The notes under the pieces were generated by a model. That model was not told the DNA's origin. It searched no databases and worked only from the letters and a program-made list of their open reading frames with translations. A program made the translations under genes and the position numbers. A stretch of 62,550 nt of DNA, the filler included, from Collodictyon triciliatum (lineage: Eukaryota), in NCBI GenBank assembly GCA_043381765.1. It is 17 parts of 17 records of this genome, joined end to end, with 100 filler letters (N's around TTAATTAATTAA, not from the genome) between each part and the next. Parts side by side here need not be neighbours in the genome. Positions count along the whole stretch, not along the records: positions 49,362 to 52,970 come from JBHJMP010007081.1; positions 53,071 to 56,679 come from JBHJMP010007082.1; positions 56,780 to 60,386 come from JBHJMP010007083.1; positions 60,487 to 62,550 come from JBHJMP010007092.1; 13 more parts are not named here. One strand, written 5' to 3'. This document shows, piece by piece, positions 49,362-62,550 of the stretch (position 1 is its first letter; the number at the start of each line of letters is the position of its first letter).

Positions 49362-50603
49362 CACTTCCTGAGATGATTTTCTCATTATCAGGAGTTATGG
49401 TGACTGTATTGACGACGTTGGAGTGGTTAGAAAGAGAACGAATTAACTGTCCGTTCGATAGACTCCAGATTTTGATTTGATTATCAGAGTGTCCAGAAAC
49501 AGTAATCGATTTTGTTTGTGATGTAGATATGCTTGAAATGCCAGAGCCTCTTGAGTAAATTTGACTTCCATCAGAAAAATTAAACACCCTAATGATTCTC
49601 TCAAGGCCCCCAGATATAATTTTTGAACCATCTTGTGTACATACGACACTGGTAACAGCATTTAAATGACTATTTAATGTTTGAATCAAATTTCCGCCTG
49701 ATATATTCCAAATTTTTATTGTTCTATCTCCACTCCCAGAAATAATTTTAGAGCCTTCTGAATTAACAGCTAAACTGCGAACGTATGAAATATGCCCTGT
49801 TAATGTATTTATTAAATTACCATCAATAACACCCCAAATCTTTATGGATTTGTCATCTCCTCCAGAGACTATCTTCGAATTATCTGGAGTAACTGCAACA
49901 CTCCAAACGGCATTTTCGTGCCCAATTAATGTGTGAATCAATAGTCCATTTGATACATTCCAAATTTTTATTGTTTTATCCTCACTTCCAGAAATTATTT
50001 TTGAACCATCTGAAGTGATAACAACACTGCGTACAGTCCCTGTGTGACCTGTCATAGTTCGAATCAAAGTTCCGTTAGAGAGGTGCCAAATTCTAATCGT
50101 TAAATCCCAACTCCCAGACACAATTTTGGAGCCATCAGGGGAAACTGTAACGCTTAAAACATCAAACGAATGGCCAATTATTGTGCGAATTAAAGTTCCA
50201 TCCGAAATATTCCAAATCTTTATTGATCTGTCTCCACTCCCTGAAATAATTTTTGGGCTATAAGGCACTGAACATACACTCCAAATATGACTAGTATGTC
50301 CATTCAAGATGTGCAGCAATATTCCGTCGCTAAAATTCCATATTCGAATAGAATTATCCATTCGAGAACTTCCAGATGCAATTTTTGAACCATCAGAAGA
50401 AATAGCAACACTCCAAATCCCATCAATGTGACCTGTCCCAACCGTGTAAATCGACGAAACCTGGCATGTGGATAACAAAAAATTGCAGAGAAAAACGAGG
50501 CCTATGCGAATAAAGTGAGTTAGAAAAGAAGTATTTATATCTCATAGAAAAATCACAAACCGAGGAAAGTAGCATGCAATAGACCGACTGTTGTGCTCTT
50601 CAT
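49362..50603 (-). CDS. Signal-peptide-bearing WD40-repeat protein (at least 9 repeats, 3' truncated)
   Basis: ATG 50603, 59-nt GT-AG intron 50502-50560, N-terminus MKSTTVGLLHATFLGLVFLCNFLLSTCQ, then repeats GH...V.SV..T.DGSKI.SGS.D.TIKIWN. Confidence 0.9.
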
Positions 50604-53070
50604 CTATCATGGAAATGCAAAAATGATTTTAAACCTTGGATATGTTAAAAATCTTCTAATATTATATTTTTATGCTCCTTTTCTAATTAATTTCATTTTT
50701 AAGGCTCAAGCCATTCAACTACATCATTTTACTTTTTTTTCAATTAAGCACCAGTTTTCAATAAATTTCATTTAATTTTATAATATTTAGGTTTGATATC
50801 TATAATTAACATTTCAAATAATATTCCGTTTGGAAGATTGGTTCTTTTTTTATATGATATGTATTCATTTTATTTTTATTGACGAATTACAAAAGATTTC
50901 ATAGCTTCATATCAAATTAGTTCAAAAATATCTTCATGTCATGTTCCTTGACGAATATTGTTATTCTTATCATGCAATTATATATTATGAATATTTTCTT
51001 TAATCATTTGTCAGAATAGTTAAATGAATCATTATTAGTCGTTTAATAAGAGTAATTTAGCATATAGTTCGATGTACCCAATATTTTAAATTGAAGACAA
51101 AATCAACTGAAGATATAAAATAATACGAATGCAAGAAAAAAGTGTGAATTGTTCCTATTTTGATTTTTTAAAATGAATATATCAGTACACTGAAGTCAGC
51201 CACTATTAGATAAAAACTTAAAAGGAATTTTCGTACAGAGTTCAAATAAAATATGTGATTGTATGGATATCTTTTGACTTTGCATTTTAATACAATATAT
51301 TGGAATAAAGTAGTGGTATTTAAAAGTATCAGATAGGAAAAATATCCATACAACAAATGATTGCTTAATTCAATTAAAAATTGTTCATTGTAACAATAAA
51401 TTTCACTTTGATGGTGTTTGTTGGATGAGTTCTTAGCTTTTTAGTATATTATCGGCAAAATTTCGATGATTCGTACTTTTGTGTGTGAATAAAAAAAAAT
51501 TAAAAAAACTAATATCGCGTCAGTAAAATATCATTCAAGCATCGTAATTGGAAGACATTAATCTTATACTCTCATGAAAATAATATAATATGTTAAAATG
51601 TGATATTTTAATGAAAATTATTAAAATATTTGGTTGTAATTATACTTAAGAAAATAAAGAAATGTTAAATTCAGTCAAGTTCCCGATTTTTCATTTAGAT
51701 GTATTTATAATTAAAACGGTACTTTTTCCACTTTATAATAGAATGCAAATATAAAATAACACATATAGACTGTTGGAAAATAATTCTTGTGGATAAAGTG
51801 TTCGTAAATTTCTCATTAAATTATCACATTCTTAAATGTACAAAATCAATTGAATTCGAAAAGAAATAAGAACCTATGTTTGGGAATATTGATGCTTGTA
51901 ATTTACATTTTGAAAGGTTGGATAAGTGAAGCCAGATTTTCAAATAAAACATATTTCCATTCATTTCCATTCACTATCGCGGTGATTTTTGAACAAAAAA
52001 CTGAATTCGTTCTAGGCACACTGACTTTACATAACTTTTGGCCGTTTAGAAAATTTGCAGCTCAGTTCTATCTGCATTCAGTACACAGCGCCAAAATGAC
52101 CTAACCAAAGAAGACCGATGTTTAATGATGAAGTATCAAAAGAAAAGAATATATTGAGATATCATATCACAATACTCAAGACAACTTTGTAGGCTGTAAT
52201 AACCAGGAGGGAAATGTGTATAAAATAATTAGATTTCTTTTTATTTCTAATCGGTCACTTTTTGTTCCAGCACTTATTTAGATATGTAATAAATGATTGT
52301 CTCCTTCCAGATTGTATGATTTAAATATCAATGATATCATTTACATAAAGCATACATGATAAAAACCTGGATAAAACCCTAAATCACACAAAATAATTTC
52401 AATATGCGAGTATTTAATGTTAACGTAAGGAAGTTATAATTTACCTGTTATTTTCTTGGCTAATATGTGAACGAAGGAATTGATACGGAGCAAAATTATC
52501 ATATTTAGTTGCCGGGTGCATGTTTTGGTGAGTTAAGTCCTTCTGTAGTTTCTTTACGAATCGTGGTTACTTTTCAGAATATGGACATAAGAAGGACTTG
52601 GATTTGGCATTTTCAAAGACAGAGTCAAATAGCTATGTGAACCTAAGATACGACACTGGGCCATGAAGACTCACGATTAGAAAGAATTTGTGTGCTCAAA
52701 AATTACTGAGATTGATATAAAGGATACTCAGTTTTTTTCTGATTTTGCAATTCTCTTCCAGCGTTATTCAAGAAATTATAGCACCAAATGTGGGCTTTGC
52801 TTTGTTGAGGCTCACTTCACAACTTACTATGCGCCGAAACAAATTTAATTTCTAATACTTTGTTTTTTTCGTGTTTTTTTGTTTTTTATTGTTTTTTATT
52901 GTTTTTCGTGTTTTTTATTGTTTTTTTGTTTTTTTGTTTTTTTTGTTTTTTTTTGTTTTTTTGTTTTTTTNNNNNNNNNNNNNNNNNNNNNNNNNNNNNN
53001 NNNNNNNNNNNNNNTTAATTAATTAANNNNNNNNNNNNNNNNNNNNNNNNNNNNNNNNNNNNNNNNNNNN

Positions 53071-53165
<95 letters not shown>

Positions 53166-53333
53166 CTAATTATAAGATTTCAGTGTTGACTGGATGTGCA
53201 TTAAAAATCAACATAAACGAATTTGCGTGCGGCATAAAGATATTCGATTGTATAAATCGATTTTTCCGCCAGTTTCATATCGAGTTATTCGTGTTTTTGT
53301 CCATGAAATTGGTCTAATTAATAATCCTTCCAG

Positions 53334-55857
53334 GTCGTCACGGATCGGTTTGCCACAGCTTCACAAGGCGTCCTGCACATGGAAGGAGGTTGGCCGAAGG
53401 ACATTGACCCTTCTGAACACGAAAGCGTTTCTCGGTATAGAAGAAAGGTGAGCACTAGACTCATTATCAAGCATTACGAAAATCATACACATTCCGAATC
53501 GGCTATTTTTTAAGCCAGATAGTCGCCATATATACCTATACTTATAATTTTTTTTATTTTTTCCTCTTCATAAAATAAACCCATCCTTTTTAAATAGCGA
53601 TTTATTTTAACTTTTAATTTTATATAAAAATTTTTAGATCGAAAAAAGTGATGACTTTGGGCGAATTGTAAAATCTCTCGGTGATTTTGTCGAGAAGGTA
53701 ATTGAGGAAAATAATTCACTTGACATTTATGAAGAGTATTTTTCTGGAAATCCCATGGACTTTTCAAGTGAACCTCCATCCACTAGAACAATCACATGCT
53801 TGAGGTGATTACCATAAAAACATCGAAATGTGTTGTTCTATACGATTGCATGACATACTGTTGAAATATCTTAAAAGGAGAAAAATAAAAAAAGCATGGA
53901 GTATCAATCTTAAAAAGAAGGATTAAAAAAATAAGAAAAGAAAAAAAAACATCTTCACCGTTTCAGTTAACTGTATGAATTCACAGAGACCCAAGCAATA
54001 TGAAGAGAACTGTGAGTTCCATTTCGTGGCATCCTGACGGAGCCAAGAAACTCGCAGTGTCTTATTCCAGCCTCCAATTTCAACAAAGTCAGGAAGGGAT
54101 GCCGATTCAATCGTACATCTGGGACATTGAAAACCCTAACTACCCTGAGATGGAATTAACCCCCGTTTCACCACTCGTATCCTTGAAGTATAACCCTAAA
54201 GAACCTCACATCTTGGTTGGAGGCTCATACAACGGCATTATATGTAATTAATTTCATCACCATATCATTATGATTCATTGAAAATGTCATGGTTGTTGCC
54301 CAGCCGTTTTGCATACTCATGCTCTAATCTCCTGAAATCTAGCCTTTTGGGATACTCGAAAGAAAACATCTAGCCCCGTCGACTCATCTCTGATTGAAAA
54401 AAGTCACCGTGACCCTGTTTATGACATTGTCTGGGTTCAAAGCAAAACAGGCTCCGAATATTTTTCTGTATCCACTGATGGACAGGTTTTTTGGTGGGAT
54501 ACCCGAAAACCAGGAGAATGGACTGAATCCTTCACTTTGGATTGGAAGGGTGATAATCTGACTTATGGTGGTATCGTCCTTGAATTTGACCCATCCTTGG
54601 TAACATACTAATACTTACAAAGTTTGATAATGCCAATATTATCTCTATCAATATAGAATACATTCTCACAAAATTACAGAGGGACATTTATTAAACATTA
54701 GAAACAATAATGTCCTTCTAAAAATATCAGCAACAAATCCCAATCAAAAATAACTAAAAACCACACTCCAAGTAACTAAAAATATCATATCATGCCCAGC
54801 CCACCAGATTCATGGTTGGAACCGAGCAAGGCATCGTCTTAGCCTGCAATAAAAAGAGCAAAACCCCAACAGAGAAGATATTTGCTCAATATCCCGGCCA
54901 TCATGGGCCTGTTTATGCACTCCAAAAAAATCCATTCTTCCAGAAGTATTTCCTTACTGTCGGTGATTGGAGCGTCCGGGTATTTTACCTATGATTATGC
55001 ACATAGCCCATAATTTACGATTTAATATACTACCTAGAGCTAAAGTTTTTTTTCTTTTTGTTGTACATGCTTAATTATATCGTCCTATAGGTTTGGAACG
55101 ACGATATTCGAACCCCCATCATGTCATCAAAGTACCACATGTCATACATAACTGACGGTTGCTGGAGCCCGACCAGGCCGGGCGTGTTCTTCACCACCAA
55201 ACTGGATGGAACCATGGATATTTGGGATTGCATGTACAACCAAAACGAACCATCTCTATCTGTCAAGGTACACAAACCCTATTTCCTACAAATGGACACT
55301 TTTAATACCACGCAAACCATTAGCATTATTCACCACGAACTTCTGTATTTCCCTCCACATTGTTAAGATATGCGATTCTGGAATTCACACGTTGGCAGTC
55401 CAAGACCAAGGAAAGTTTGTTGCTGTTGGTGCCAAGGATGGCTCGACAACCCTAGTCCAGCTCAGTGAGAGTTTGCACGTATCTCCTGGGATTGAAAAGA
55501 CACTAATCAACAACGTAATACACATGTCATTTTGCTCTTGTTATTAAGGTTCCAGACGTGATTTCTGCTTAGGAGCTGAAAATCTTTACAATTATTCACT
55601 TTTTTTTTCACTCTTCCAACATGAAGATGTTTGAGCGTGAATCAATCAGAGAAAAGAATCTGGAAACCCGGGCTAAAGAAATGAGACTCCGAGAAAAGCT
55701 AAAGTCTGCATCGGCTCAAGGGGTCAGGCCTGAAAAGAAGGAGCAAATAATCGAAGATTCCATGAAGCACGTAGAAAGGGACTTTTGGGAAACCGTGAAA
55801 CAAGTTGAGAACGAAGAAGAATCTAAGGCATCCGCCCAAGCATCAAAGCAAAAATAA
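53334..55857 (+). CDS. DNAI2: Axonemal outer-arm dynein intermediate chain 2 (IC69/ODA6 type), 5' truncated, multi-exon
   Basis: [140 protein letters not shown]. Confidence 0.95.
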
Positions 55858-56256
55858 GGAAATAAATAATCCCCTCCCTGATGAAACGTACAGTCCTTGT
55901 GATGACAGACGCTCCGAATTACATAAATATTTACAGACACAAAGAAGATACTGTATGTATATGACAATGCCCAGATATTCTTTTTATTCATCCATCTCTC
56001 AGCGCAACCGACACTGGTCTCCTTTCTCGTATCTGGAGACGGAGCCGAAATAGGTCAGGTGGATGACTCTGTCATACCAATCCTTATTACCGAGGTTGTT
56101 AACCTTGCAACTAGGCAACTGTGGTAGCAGTACCGAGATATGGAGAGAATGTTTTATTTTCCAGAATTGATTTCCAGAATGGAAAATCGTAAAAGGAAAT
56201 ATACACATTCCTTGCTTATCGGCTGACGAAAGGTGACGCGCGTTGACGCAAAGGAC

Positions 56257-56365
56257 GCATCAGCATCGCATCAGCACCGCATCAGCACCGCATCAGCATC
56301 GCATCAGCACCGCATCAGCACCGCATCAGCATCGCATCAGCACCGCATCAGCATCGCATCAGCAT
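56257..56365. repeat. GCATCA/GCACC-based minisatellite
   Basis: Tandem 11-bp units (GCATCAGCACC/GCATCAGCATC). Confidence 0.85.
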
Positions 56366-56780
56366 TGCAAAAGGAATTATTCGTGGTATGCTCTTATGGG
56401 ATGAGCCATGCGAATGGTGTCATAATCTGCCGAGTTGTCCGTAAGACCATCCAGTCACAAACCACAGTGCGTGCTGGTAAAATCGGGCACATAAGCGCGA
56501 GTCTAGTCAATGCGAGTAGGGATAAAGTAGATGAGCGATAAAAACAATCACCTTCATGTTGTGGCAATGAAACAAAAGAAAACAAAAGAAAACAAAAGAA
56601 AACAAAAGAAAACAAAAGAAAACAAAAGAAAACAAAAGAAAACAAAAGAAAACAAAAGAAAACAAAAGAAAACAAAAGANNNNNNNNNNNNNNNNNNNNN
56701 NNNNNNNNNNNNNNNNNNNNNNNTTAATTAATTAANNNNNNNNNNNNNNNNNNNNNNNNNNNNNNNNNNNNNNNNNNNNA

Positions 56781-56876
<96 letters not shown>

Positions 56877-57070
56877 GAAAAGAAAAGAAAGAGAAAATAA
56901 AAGAAAGAGAAAAGAAAAGAAAGAGAAAAGAAAGAGAAAAGAAAAACAAGATAATAACTGAAAGAAATGAGAAATAAGAAAAGATAAAAGGGCGAAAAAA
57001 ACACATGAAAGAACAAGAAGAAAAGAATAGAGCCACCAAGGTCGCATTTGTATCGCTCTAATTCATTTTC

Positions 57071-59772
57071 TTATTGAGAGGCGGGTTGATCTGCAGGTTT
57101 ACATTGCATCTTGTGCAAAGGCCAATCGGTTTTTTGGCAGCCAACACAGCAGTATTTGACAGATTTGCACCGAGAACATCTGAGTGGTGGGATATGTGCA
57201 TATTTGAGTTTTTAAAGATTTTTTCCTTTATTTCGAATTTTTATATAATATATAAAAGATTATTGGAGATGTTGAAAAGCTTTAAACCTCTCCTAAAGAA
57301 AAAAAATAGATGAAAGAGAACCGGGTTTTTGCATCCATGAAGCAGTAATTGCATTGTTTTGAAAATTCAACCCCGAAAGTGTTTGGAGTGCGTATCACAC
57401 CGCGGAAGTAGCTGCGCCAGTATGAGTGCGGGTGAAGAATCCCTTTCTGTGCAATTTAGTTGTTGCATTTATTCACAAGAGATGCTATGAAGGAAGTGTG
57501 TTAACTTCAATCCTTCCTAAAAAATTTTTGAAAGGCAATAAAATAAGAACAAACCGAAGCCAAAAGCAGGGAGGTAATGATAGAATGAAGGACAACAATT
57601 CATTAAATATTAGAGGGAAAAAACATTTCATTACATCGGGTGTCCAAGCTTCAAAATCTTGAATGAAAGACTCGATTTCAATGTGGTTCCCCCTGTTTGA
57701 TACATTTGTCATTTTGCTGCGAATATCTATCCAAAGATTATTTAGTTGTGATGCTTGTAAAAGTAAGTCAAAAGATGAAGCCTTGTTATGCATTTGGTAA
57801 AGAAATATCGCGATATATTGTGAAATTCATTTAAACTGTCCAATAATATATAAATTAAAAGAGGTAAGACAGCAGAATAACCTACCCTTCCGCACAAACG
57901 TCATGTGATGCATTTCAATGACATCTCGCTCGTATGCATGAAACTTTGTAGAATTCTGTGAATTGCGGTTTGGTATGCATGACTTGCAACGATGGGATAA
58001 CGAATAACTGTTTTTGAAAGGAAGAAAATATTAAAGGTGGTTGTGTGCAGTCAAACTTACTTCGATTCTCCTTGTCGGATCTACAATAACGGGACAAGGG
58101 GCAGCTAATCGGAGAGGCTTCTTTTCATCAATCTTACAAATCATTGGAACCCAGTTGATTTCGTCACGAGGTAAAAGTTCCAAAGTTGGCTCCTTAAAGT
58201 AAAGCCTCATTCTATATGTTCGTATGAAGGAGTAAAATTAAGATGAAAATGAGAAACAAGAAAAAAATGGGATAGAGAAAATCAGTGGATTTTTTTTTCA
58301 TTTTTTGTACCATAATATTGCCCACCCTCTCATAGACGTGCAAGTGTTCAAATTATTGTGACCACAATCCTCAATTTATTACGTGTTTCTTTGAAAAGGA
58401 AAATATGCGGGTATTAAAAAAAAATGTCATAAATTACAACCTGCATGCCGTCGCGTCGTAGTCATGTTTGGCGATATCTCTCATCACAAACTCAAGTTGC
58501 TCGTGAATGTAGAATTCATCTGTATCCTTTTAGAAAAAATAGAATAAAAATAAAAATAAATCACAAGTAAATTACGATGGTAAAAAGGGAAGCCCAGTGA
58601 TACCGAATACAAAGAAATCACATGTTTGGGTTTGATGTTTTTAAGAATAAGTCTCATTAAATACCATTAAAAGAAAATGAGTGGCTCCATTTCTACGGCA
58701 ATACTCTCTGCCCATGGAACGCTTCCCTATTTCGTTGAAGAATTGGGCACCAATCACTGTGAAATGGATTAATGAGAAAGGTTTCCAAGTGTATTACATG
58801 TATTTATTATGCGACCTTGCTTTTCAAATGAAAAATAAAAAAAAAAACATGCGTAGTCTATGTATGCGAATGTAGAAGATTCAAAAAAAATTGGCGTAGC
58901 ACAGAATGAGTTTCATGAATCAGATGAAAATTGAAGCAGCTCCTCAATAATTTACGAGCGGTACAAACCCATCACATCCGAGCCTACATCCTTTGGATTC
59001 GCCCCCTTCGATGTCAGATATTGCCTCTCTTCGGCAGGATAATGACGAGGTGTGTATAGCACTAGCTCATCGACCAAGCCGGACGACTTTAGGTCCTGGA
59101 TGAGTCATGATACGAGAAAAAAATAAGAAAATGAACAAAGATATTGTTTATTTTTATTTTTATTTTTTTTTTTGTACTAGAATATTGGTAAGGCGAGCCG
59201 TTGTTGTAAGTTGGAAGCTTAGTATAGAAATGGAGTTGCCCAAGTTATAGAGTTAGCGCACCTGTATTAGATGAAGCATTCGAGGATGTGCAGGCTGTTC
59301 AAAGTTTGATACTGTTTGATAGATGATGCAAATGTAATGTGCAAGTTTGCGCACAGAAAGAATGGATGCCTTGAGCAGCTCGTGGCCATCAAAAACTACA
59401 CCGGTAACAGTTGTCCCAGAATACATTACGAACGAAAATGAAGACAAAATACATGTAAAAATAATAATAAATAGATACATAAAATAATATGCGGTATTAT
59501 CGTCCATATGTTATGTAGATGATAACACCACATAAGGAAAACGACTTAAACAGCTAAGTGATGAAAAGTTAAGCTGCCGATAACAATCAACATGATTATT
59601 TTCTCGTGGTAGTATTTTTTTTTCAGAGTTTCTTTCTTTTTTTTTTTTTTTGATAAGACCCATTATTTTTAAAACATATATAGATAAAAGTATAGAAGAA
59701 GTTGTTTCGCGAACCGTTGTAGGCAATGCCCAACTTGATTGGGGGGTTTGTTTCGTGGGCGGTCTCGGACAT
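57071..59772 (-). CDS. GT-A-fold (GT2-like) glycosyltransferase fused to a C-terminal MYND zinc finger, apparently complete 10-exon gene (about 345 aa)
   Basis: Exons join in phase: [48 protein letters not shown]..|[16 protein letters not shown]..|[37 protein letters not shown] (DxD)..|[17 protein letters not shown]|..[17 protein letters not shown]..|..[39 protein letters not shown]. Confidence 0.85.
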
Positions 59773-61429
59773 TCGTCACCTTTTCCAGTCTCAAGGATTG
59801 AAGGGGAGCACCTGCTTGCGATCCTATGATCCAAAGTAATGAAGCAGTCCTCAAAGCACTTTAAGTTTCAACCTCACAAAGCCTGTTGTTGTGCTTTGGA
59901 AGCCGCCTTCGTGTTTAGTAATCTGCCCGAGCAGAGTGAGAAGCTGCCTTTGGTCTCGACATGATGTGGAAGGTTCTGGAAACGGAGGCACGGACTTGGT
60001 TGTTCATACCAAATTTAAATCGTGCAATCATGCCATATAAATATTTTTAGTCATACTATTTTCGTTGATTGATGTTTGCTTGTGTTTGATGAATTCGACT
60101 TTTTTTATATTTGGTTCGATCGTGTGGAAGCGGTAAAAATCACTTTCATTTTCGATCATGTTTCTTGGTGACTATCACCGTTTCTCTTTTATCTCTTTTT
60201 TATCTCTTTTTTATCTCTTTTTATCTCTTTTTTTCTCTCTTTTTTTCTCTCTTTTTTTCTCTCTTTTTTCTCTCTTTTTTTATCTCTTTTTTATCTCTTT
60301 TTTTATCTCTTTTTTATCTCTTTTTTTATCTCTTTTTTTATCTCTTTTTTTATCTCTTTTTTTATCTCTTTTTTTATCTCTTTTTTNNNNNNNNNNNNNN
60401 NNNNNNNNNNNNNNNNNNNNNNNNNNNNNNTTAATTAATTAANNNNNNNNNNNNNNNNNNNNNNNNNNNNNNNNNNNNNNNNNNNNTTTTTATTGTTCTT
60501 TTTATTGTTCTTTTTATTGTTCTTTTTATTGTTCTTTTTATTGTTCTTTTTATTGTTCTTTTTCGCCGCGTGCTAAAAAAAAAACCCCCAATCCCTGCGT
60601 TGTTTCGTTAGCTACATTTTATAAAGCTTACAGTACTACACCCAAACTCCTTTTTTTCCCCGCGTGGTAAGATAATAGCGTTAGAGCTCAATATGTCTTA
60701 CTAAAACCTGTACTGTATTTTCTTTGCTCGCGTCCTGTCCCCTCTTTCAACTTGTGTCTGATGAAGATTCAGTAAGTATTCTATTGAATCTTGCTGAAAT
60801 GATTTCTTTTCGGCCGGATAAGCGAGAAACCCAAGGGCAAGCCAACATCCGTGTGTGGCAAATAAGTGTGCCCAACAAAGTTATATCGCACTGGAGGTCA
60901 AGAATTTGTCCCGGAGTCTGTGATGCCGAATACTTTGGTTCCGCGTCCTCCGTTTCATGTTTCGATCGGGCAGTTTTCGCTGTCAATGACGCGCAAACCT
61001 AGTTATGAATCAGAAGAAGCTGCATATGCCGCCCAGCAAAGATGGCAACGTAGCCTGTCTCATCGGAAACCCTGATCACCTCGGTAGCTATGTATGATGT
61101 ATAAGAAAAAATGATATACATGCTGTGACAGCAGGTGGCCCTACAAACCCAGGAGCGCAATGAGCCGGCCATTGTTTGTCGCTCCGCTTATCTTGTGGAT
61201 TAATGTTGTCTGTGTTTGTCTGTGTCTTTGTGCGCCTACTGGATTCGAGTATACCTTCGGCATCAGCGATCCTAAGGGAGATACGTCAGCTGCATATGTC
61301 AATGACCCGGCGAGGTAGGTTTGGAATGAGCAAAGGTCGAAATAATCCTTGGGCTTAGGGTGTCGGTTTTCCCAAATCATGGCTTCGTTGCCTCTTTTCT
61401 TTTTTCTTTATTTCTTTTTCTTTATTTCT

Positions 61430-61679
61430 TTATTTTATTGTTTTATTGTTTTATTGTTTTATTGTTTTATTGTTTTATTGTTTTATTGTTTTATTGTTTT
61501 ATTGTTTTATTGTTTTATTGTTTTATTGTTTTATTGTTTTATCGTTTTATTGTTTTATTGTTTTATTGTTTTATTGTTTTATTGTTTTATTGTTTTATTG
61601 TTTTATTGTTTTATTGTTTTATTGTTTTATTGTTTTATTGTTTTATTGTTTTGTTGTTTTATTGTTTTGTTGTTTTATT
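61430..61679. repeat. (TTTTATTG)n 8-bp minisatellite
   Basis: Long near-perfect array. Confidence 0.95.
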
Positions 61680-62550
61680 TCTATCTATCTATCTATCACA
61701 AGAATATTTATAACAGTTAAATCAAAATAGTCTTTTCGTGATATTTACTTGGTTGACTTTATCAACAGAGGGAAATGGGACATTCATTCTTTTGAGGCCC
61801 GCTTTTCAGCCTCTTTTCCTCATTCTCTCGTGTGGCCCACGGCGAACACCACCTTCGATTTGGTTGTTCGCTTCTATGAAGCTCTTCAGAAGGACGACAA
61901 CATTTATATTCAACTGTATGTCGATGCAGATAATATTCCTGGGAGCGGCGCTGTCCATACCTTGAAAAACGCGGGACTATTGGTTGCTTCTCAACATCCA
62001 TGGGACTTTGCGGTTGAAGTATGATTCCTCCTTGCTCAACAAAATTTCAACATGACCATAGAATGCTGTAAAGAATATAATAGGATGAAAGATTTGCTTC
62101 ATTTATGATTTATATTTTATACACACTTTTTTGAAAGTACATACTAGTTTTTAGTTTTTTTTTAAAAAAAAAAAAAGGGTAATTAAAAAATTAGTTCTAA
62201 AGTCTAAGTAATGTTCTTTGCTTCATTTTTCTTCACGTTAACAGTTGAAATCTCACTCAATCATGCAAATATTTTCACTAGACAAACATACATAGAACTC
62301 AACTGGTTCTTCCAGATTGCTCAGTATTTTACAAACTAGACGAATACACATCTTATAATTCATCTACATCAACAGTGTCCATATCAATACCTTACTATAT
62401 ACTTATTACTCTTGGTTTTCAACCGAGGTAGTTAGAGTAAAATTGAACAAAAAAACAAAAAAAAAAAAAAAAAGGAAAAATGATTTTTTTCATTATTTTT
62501 GTTTTTTTTTTTAATTATTTTTTTAATAACCGTTCATTTAATTTTTTTTT

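Noticed and set aside
3622-60486. TTAATTAATTAA repeated every ~3.7 kb as a biological repeat, or cross-contig gene neighbourhoods (e.g. LRR + kinase, PLV + NHL)
   Set aside because: It is an assembly spacer inside N runs. The contigs are roughly size-sorted, so adjacency across linkers means nothing.
60700-62024. Short ORFs on the last contig, including 61749-62024
   Set aside because: May include real exons, but no recognisable domain or consistent exon chain was found.

Overview
This window is not one locus. It is 17 short eukaryotic contigs/scaffolds (mostly about 3.6 kb, in roughly decreasing length) joined by artificial N-run/TTAATTAATTAA/N-run linkers, so neighbours across linkers are not physically linked. 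The DNA is AT-rich, microsatellite-rich and intron-rich, uses the standard genetic code, and comes from a flagellated protist-like eukaryote (axonemal dynein IC2 and CFAP96 are present). Host genes read by hand: an RNF213/mysterin-like AAA+ core, CFAP96, an LRR protein with one repeat per exon, a TKL kinase, a signal-peptide WD40 protein, DNAI2, a GT-A glycosyltransferase fused to a MYND finger, an internally duplicated multi-pass membrane protein, an NHL pseudogene, four 5S rRNA genes and tRNA-Arg(ACG). The most notable piece is contig 38231-41842, a decayed endogenous Polinton-like virus (PLV) morphogenesis module: packaging ATPase, a small protein with an adenovirus protein VI-like amphipathic N-terminus, double jelly-roll major capsid, a basic ORF and a truncated minor capsid. 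It carries giant-virus-style expression signals (TCTA at -13 on both strands of a 33-bp divergent promoter, and a 15-bp AT hairpin over two convergent stop codons), which suggests a virophage-like lifestyle. All family calls come from motif recognition by eye; no database searches were run.
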